DNA of 64,000 bases from Spirochaetia bacterium (GTDB lineage: Bacteria > Spirochaetota > Spirochaetia > WTKD01 > G963693115): positions 64,001 to 128,000 of the forward strand of contig CBDDCA010000003.1 of the NCBI GenBank assembly GCA_965226055.1. Reading direction: 5' to 3'. Under the pieces are notes generated by a model. The model saw nothing but the letters and a program-made list of their open reading frames with translations. It had not been told where the DNA came from and did not search any database. This document shows, piece after piece, positions 59,218 to 64,000 of this stretch; positions within the stretch are counted from its first letter, which is position 1, and the number at the start of each line of letters is the position of its first letter. The translations under genes and the position numbers were made by a program.

Positions 59218-60195
59218 TTATAATAGAAAGGGTACAAACAAAAAATTTTCAGTTAATAATTCAGCATTTCTATCAAACATTGTAATGAGAGAATATACAT
59301 ACCATTTCTCATACATTAGATTCTCAGTATTGATATCTTCTATATACTTATACAATGATAACAACATACGATTAAACTCCATTACATTCAAGTCTAAAAG
59401 AGATTCCTGATAAGAATACACTAAGTCAATCATACGAGATATATCAGTATATTCATAGGTAGGATACACTGATGCGAGGTAATTATTGATATGAGTCATT
59501 GCCATAGACAAAGCGTATAACAACAGCTCAATACCTTTTTCCTGCTGACCAGCACTGATATAATAAATGCCAAGCTCACGGAACGCATAGAACGATGAAT
59601 CAAAATCAACCTTTACAAATACATGTATATCGTCTAATCCATCTTCTACTAAGATTTTTTTTAGTACATCTAAATCATTTGTAAACAATGCTTCTTTTTC
59701 TTGAACAATCTCTTGTAGCATAGCAACAAAGGACTCTTCATTTTCTTCAAAAAAATAAAGCAGTGCTAAACGATAGCGTACTATATTTCTAGCATCATAG
59801 TGCAAGGTAGGGAGAGTATCATACAAAATAGTGTAATAATTTTTTGCATTGATAAGATCACCAAGTAAAAAATAAACATTAGCTACTCCCAACAGAGCAG
59901 TTCTATTTTCTTTATTTTTTTGGTAAGCTGATACATACAGCTCTAAGGCCTTAAGAAATTTTTTACTTTCAATATAAATGTTTGCTTGCTGAAATTGCTT
60001 TGCTTGCTGATACTCCATTACACTTATCGTGTCGTCCTCTTTTTGAAAAAAAAGAAGTGGATCTTTTAGCAATAAATTTTCAACCCAATGCTCCTCTGTC
60101 TGACCAAAGAGAGAATTTTGGGCAGTAAGAGACATAATTGCTATACCAATAAGCAACATATATTTCTTTATCTGCACTAATAGCATACTGCCCAA
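59218..60195 (-). CDS. Hypothetical exported TPR-like protein
   Basis: Signal-peptide-like N-terminus and TPR-like ALLGVANVYFLLGD..NAKNYY; downstream of V-ATPase K. The true start may be a few codons downstream. Confidence 0.6.
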   Translation of the reverse strand: MGSMLLVQIKKYMLLIGIAIMSLTAQNSLFGQTEEHWVENLLLKDPLLFFQKEDDTISVMEYQQAKQFQQANIYIESKKFLKALELYVSAYQKNKENRTALLGVANVYFLLGDLINAKNYYTILYDTLPTLHYDARNIVRYRLALLYFFEENEESFVAMLQEIVQEKEALFTNDLDVLKKILVEDGLDDIHVFVKVDFDSSFYAFRELGIYYISAGQQEKGIELLLYALSMAMTHINNYLASVYPTYEYTDISRMIDLVYSYQESLLDLNVMEFNRMLLSLYKYIEDINTENLMYEKWYVYSLITMFDRNAELLTENFLFVPFLL

Positions 60196-60211
60196 ACCCT
60201 AAGTATTGCAA

Positions 60212-60240
60212 TGTGATAATACATATGATATATTATCACA
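60212..60240 (-). terminator. Hairpin after the V-ATPase operon
   Basis: tgtgataata-N9-tattatcaca perfect 10-bp inverted repeat 22 nt after the atpK stop. Confidence 0.45.
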
Positions 60241-60262
60241 AACAATTAACAAAATGTTACTG

Positions 60263-60697
60263 CTATGAAATTATTGAAAACAAGAATACCATTACAAATA
60301 ATGCAACTGATTCAATCAATCCAAGCACAATAATATAATTAGTAAATCCTTTCCCTGTTTTTGCAAAAGCATCCGATGCTGCAGCTGCGGCTTTTCCTTG
60401 ATACCAAGCTGAACATCCCATAGCCAAACCTCCTAAAAGTCCAGCACCTAATATTTGTCCTGATGCAACAGAACCAACAGCGGCTACTAATGCATTCATT
60501 AAAATAAGACCATAAAACGTTTGTGTCAATGGTGCACCAATGAAAGCAAAAAGAAGAAACGGTATTTTTTCATTTTGCAAATAACAACGTTTCCAAGCAC
60601 CTACTGCAGATACACCAGCAGAACCAATTCCTAATGCTGAACCTGCTGCTGCTAAACAAAGAGCTGCTGCAACTCCTACTAAACCAAAATTATCCAT
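60263..60697 (-). CDS. atpK: V-type ATP synthase subunit K (c-ring)
   Basis: Four TM helices, GAPLTQTFYG and GLIESVALF with the conserved Glu; SD ggagg. Confidence 0.93.
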   Translation of the reverse strand: MDNFGLVGVAAALCLAAAGSALGIGSAGVSAVGAWKRCYLQNEKIPFLLFAFIGAPLTQTFYGLILMNALVAAVGSVASGQILGAGLLGGLAMGCSAWYQGKAAAAASDAFAKTGKGFTNYIIVLGLIESVALFVMVFLFSIIS

Positions 60698-60721
60698 TCA
60701 TATCCTCCAGATTAATTTTTT

Positions 60722-62575
60722 TTATTTTTTTCTAAACGGTGAATAAACTCTTCCACTCCATTCCATTCCAATGTGCATACCAAATTCAAGTATATTTAAT
60801 CGTACACCATGAATGATAATAGCTAATAATCCCATTGCAAGATTGAAAGTATGAGCAAATATAAGCACTGCTACCCCTCCAACATATCCCATAACAGTAC
60901 CAGAACTCATAATTGATTGTGCCATATCATTGAAAGCACTTGCAATTGAAAGTGACGCTAACCCTACAGCAAATAAACGAATATAAGAAATAATATCCGC
61001 AAAATTCCCTAAACTATCAAGGGCATGTAATAAAATTTTCGCTATTCCAATACCAATACCTACAAAAAAATTATGATTAGGACTTTGATCTGCAGATATT
61101 ACTACTAATACAAAACCAACAATAATATAAGCAAGGGCATACGAAGGAAAAGGAAAAGCCTCTGCTCCAAGTAATAGAGTAAGCACTAGATGATACAAAC
61201 CATATATCATAACGCCAGATCCTAAATGATTTATAACAAAAAATATATCCTTTAAGCGTATACCACGAATAATGCCCCAAAAATGAGCAATACATAAATG
61301 AATAAGCCCAACAGTAAAAGCAAAATACCATATATTTTGTGCACTATTTGGATTAGTAATAGCTATAGCAGGCACTACAAAATAAGACAAAACGCCAGTT
61401 TCTGCAAATGGAGCATAGCCAAACCAATTTCCTGACATTGCTCCCCATGCTATAGTGGCAAAAGAGTTCCATAAAAGAAACAGTAAGGTGAGGTTTGTTA
61501 TATCATTTCGCTGTTTTATAAGAAGAAAACCCATAAGAGAACTTATCAATAATACTATCCCATATCCAGCATCCCCTATAATCATACCAAAGAAAAGCGT
61601 GAGAGCAAGCAGAAACATACCGCTTATGTCAAACTCTTTGTATCCAGGCACTGTGTCCATCAGCTTAAATAAAGGCTTCATAATTCTAATAGGCGGCAAA
61701 TTTTTCTGTTTCGTAGGAACATCATCTTCATCTTTTACTTCATCAATGACTACCCCTAATTTATGCTTACGACAAAAAGAATAGAAAGAATCACATTCTG
61801 CTTGAGGGATAAACCCTTCAATTACCAGAATGGTATCATATTGTTTTGCTTCATTCTGTACTGATAAAATAGAAATTTCATTTTCTAATGCTATTTTCAT
61901 ATCTAACAATGTTTGCTTATACACAGAATACGCAAAAATCTTCTCTTGCACAATTCCCATTGCATTAGAAATATCAAGTATTTTAGTATGTAATTCATGA
62001 GGAGAAAAATCCGATATTATACATTCTTCCCATTGAGAAGGAGGAGAAAAAGCATCTTTTTCAGTAGACACTACTAAACAGTACATGTAATCTTTTTTCT
62101 TAAAAAGATCAAAGCAAGTATAGTGCATAGTGTGTTTTTCTCTCTTCTTATTTTGTTTATCAGTTGCAGAATAACAATACACATTGCAAAAGACATTATT
62201 TTCTCTCAGATATGCTATATCTTTTGCCGAAACTTCCCCATAAGGCTGCATTTCTCCAATAGTGTTATTGTGCTCCTCATACTGCTCTTTCAGTGTACGT
62301 AACTCCTGTGCATGCTGTAGTACCTGTTCAATAACACCATCATCTAATGATTGCAACTGTGCTTTTACGCTTGTGCTTTCCTGTGCATCTGTAGATTCAA
62401 GTATATCAAGTACTTGACATACATCATTATATTTTTTTACTACACTGCTATGTGTTGCATCACTTATTGTATTATATGCAATATCCACTAAGCCATACTC
62501 TTGTAGTTTAGATAAGTAGTTATTTGCATCATGAGAAGTGAAGATGATGTTGACTTTTTTCATTTTCTCTATCAT
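60722..62575 (-). CDS. atpI: V-type ATP synthase subunit I
   Basis: MIEKMKKV, VPGYKEFD, FFGMIIGDAGYG, DIISYIRLFAVGLA and HGVRLNILEF motifs. Confidence 0.95.
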   Translation of the reverse strand: MIEKMKKVNIIFTSHDANNYLSKLQEYGLVDIAYNTISDATHSSVVKKYNDVCQVLDILESTDAQESTSVKAQLQSLDDGVIEQVLQHAQELRTLKEQYEEHNNTIGEMQPYGEVSAKDIAYLRENNVFCNVYCYSATDKQNKKREKHTMHYTCFDLFKKKDYMYCLVVSTEKDAFSPPSQWEECIISDFSPHELHTKILDISNAMGIVQEKIFAYSVYKQTLLDMKIALENEISILSVQNEAKQYDTILVIEGFIPQAECDSFYSFCRKHKLGVVIDEVKDEDDVPTKQKNLPPIRIMKPLFKLMDTVPGYKEFDISGMFLLALTLFFGMIIGDAGYGIVLLISSLMGFLLIKQRNDITNLTLLFLLWNSFATIAWGAMSGNWFGYAPFAETGVLSYFVVPAIAITNPNSAQNIWYFAFTVGLIHLCIAHFWGIIRGIRLKDIFFVINHLGSGVMIYGLYHLVLTLLLGAEAFPFPSYALAYIIVGFVLVVISADQSPNHNFFVGIGIGIAKILLHALDSLGNFADIISYIRLFAVGLASLSIASAFNDMAQSIMSSGTVMGYVGGVAVLIFAHTFNLAMGLLAIIIHGVRLNILEFGMHIGMEWSGRVYSPFRKK

Positions 62576-62578
62576 AAG

Positions 62579-63181
62579 TTACGCCTCTACAATTCTTCCT
62601 TTCGTTATTTTTCCTCGCACTACTCCTGCTGTTTGCTGATCACCAAGATAAATTTGAATAACACGAATATTATGCTTTGTTTCTGGGATTTTTATTTTCT
62701 CAAATAGATTCACTCTCTGTATAGTAATACGAAGTTCTTTTTCAATCTTCTCATACTGTTGCTGATACACTTCAATTTCAGCTGCAATTTTTAATACATC
62801 AATAAGAGATGAGATACCATCATCCAACCAATAGGGAGTAGTATATATATCATAATCTACCAACTGAACCAATAATTCCTTATAAATAGGAACATCCACT
62901 CCTGCTATGTTTTGCATCTCTACTTCAAGTTTAATATGCTCAATGTACTGTTCAATAAGACTGGCATCACTATCCCCAAATACTGCAATCCACGTATCTA
63001 TTGAATGTACATACTCATGATATTTTTCCTGTAGCGCCTTTATTTGATACAGAATTTTTTGCAATATACTTTGTAATTGCTGTTGTTTTAATTTAAGAGT
63101 TGGAAGATATCTATCAAAACGCTTTAAGTCATCCTTCTGCTTTTTGAGTTCATTTTTTGTAAGCTTTACTCTACTTGACAT
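62579..63181 (-). CDS. atpD: V-type ATP synthase subunit D
   Basis: KLTKNELK, RYLPTLKLK, NIAGVDVP and RVNLFEKIKIP motifs. Confidence 0.95.
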   Translation of the reverse strand: MSSRVKLTKNELKKQKDDLKRFDRYLPTLKLKQQQLQSILQKILYQIKALQEKYHEYVHSIDTWIAVFGDSDASLIEQYIEHIKLEVEMQNIAGVDVPIYKELLVQLVDYDIYTTPYWLDDGISSLIDVLKIAAEIEVYQQQYEKIEKELRITIQRVNLFEKIKIPETKHNIRVIQIYLGDQQTAGVVRGKITKGRIVEA

Positions 63182-63238
63182 TATTTCTCCACCGTATACT
63201 ACTGGCTATAAACCTATGGTTACATTCACTATTCTTAT

Positions 63239-64000
63239 TTACACAGCCCTTTCTATAGTATCAGATACTGTATCAGAAGACTCATCTTTATTGTTAGCAG
63301 TAGGCTGCCAAAATTTTTCTACTAAATCGCTTTTCAGTCCTACTTCATGCTTTTCAAAACAAGCAGCAAGAATGCTCCATCCAGTATCCAACGCTTTTTC
63401 TAAGGGTAAATTTACCGAAAGTGTCATAAGCTCTAACTCAAACAGTTCTCCAAACTTAATGAGCTTGCTATCCCAATCAGACATACGAAATCCCATAGAA
63501 CGCTTTTCAAGACTTGATTTATAACTTGCATATAGCTTAATAAGTCCATCCATAATAGCACGATGATCTTCACGTGTTTTTCCATTTACCATTTGCTTTA
63601 AGCGTGATAATGATCCAAACGGTTCAATACGTCCTCCTCTTAAATAATATTGACCTTCGGTAATATATCCTGTATTATCAGGAATAGGATGAGTAACATC
63701 ATCCCCTGGCATTGTGGTAACACTCAGTATTGTAATAGATCCAGCTCCTTCAAAATCCACTGCTTTCTCATAACGCGATGCAAGCTGACTGTATAAATCT
63801 CCTGGATACCCTCTATTAGAAGGCACTTGTTCTTGAGTAATAGCAATTTCTTTTAAGCTATCCGCAAAGTTAGTAAGATCGCTCAATAGTACCAGCACTT
63901 TTTTTCCTGCAACTGCAAAGCGTTCTGCTACCGCTAAACTCACATCTGGTACCATAAGTGCTTCTACAATAGGATCGGATGCTGTATGTACAAAAAATAC
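63239..64000 (-). CDS. atpB: V-type ATP synthase subunit B (5' part outside the window)
   Basis: [45 protein letters not shown] and [10 protein letters not shown] motifs; the ORF track begins at an internal Met, so the gene must continue past the window edge. Confidence 0.95.
   Translation of the reverse strand, partial: VFFVHTASDPIVEALMVPDVSLAVAERFAVAGKKVLVLLSDLTNFADSLKEIAITQEQVPSNRGYPGDLYSQLASRYEKAVDFEGAGSITILSVTTMPGDDVTHPIPDNTGYITEGQYYLRGGRIEPFGSLSRLKQMVNGKTREDHRAIMDGLIKLYASYKSSLEKRSMGFRMSDWDSKLIKFGELFELELMTLSVNLPLEKALDTGWSILAACFEKHEVGLKSDLVEKFWQPTANNKDESSDTVSDTIERAV

Overview
AT-rich bacterial chromosomal segment, very likely from a spirochete. The evidence is gene order (tamB-bamA-skp-mutS; recA-scpA-scpB-rluB-cmk/rpsA; gltX-glyQS-tyrS near clpA; V-type ATPase B-D-I-K), a Cmk-S1 fusion and spirochete-like lipoprotein signal peptides. 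Four accessory inserts sit in the housekeeping backbone. (1) At about 20.1-25.3 kb, a 16-unit near-identical 102-bp TPR array is coupled to a DUF2971-like gene, next to a TdeIII/MjaII-like type II R-M pair. (2) A solitary type I hsdS has a C14 slippage tract (ON) and repeat-flanked target recognition domains (TRDs). (3) A HindIII-family endonuclease appears truncated while its methyltransferase is intact. (4) Two paralogous giant FN3/DUF285 surface lipoproteins are present, one switched OFF by a G15 tract in its signal peptide. Other features: tRNA-Val(TAC), a likely internal promoter within cmk-rpsA, many apparently leaderless genes, a catalytically degenerate sigma54-type activator, a degenerate HD-GYP-like protein and a stand-alone trpBA. 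No rRNA, CRISPR array or transposase was seen. All calls come from reading motifs by eye; no database search was run.
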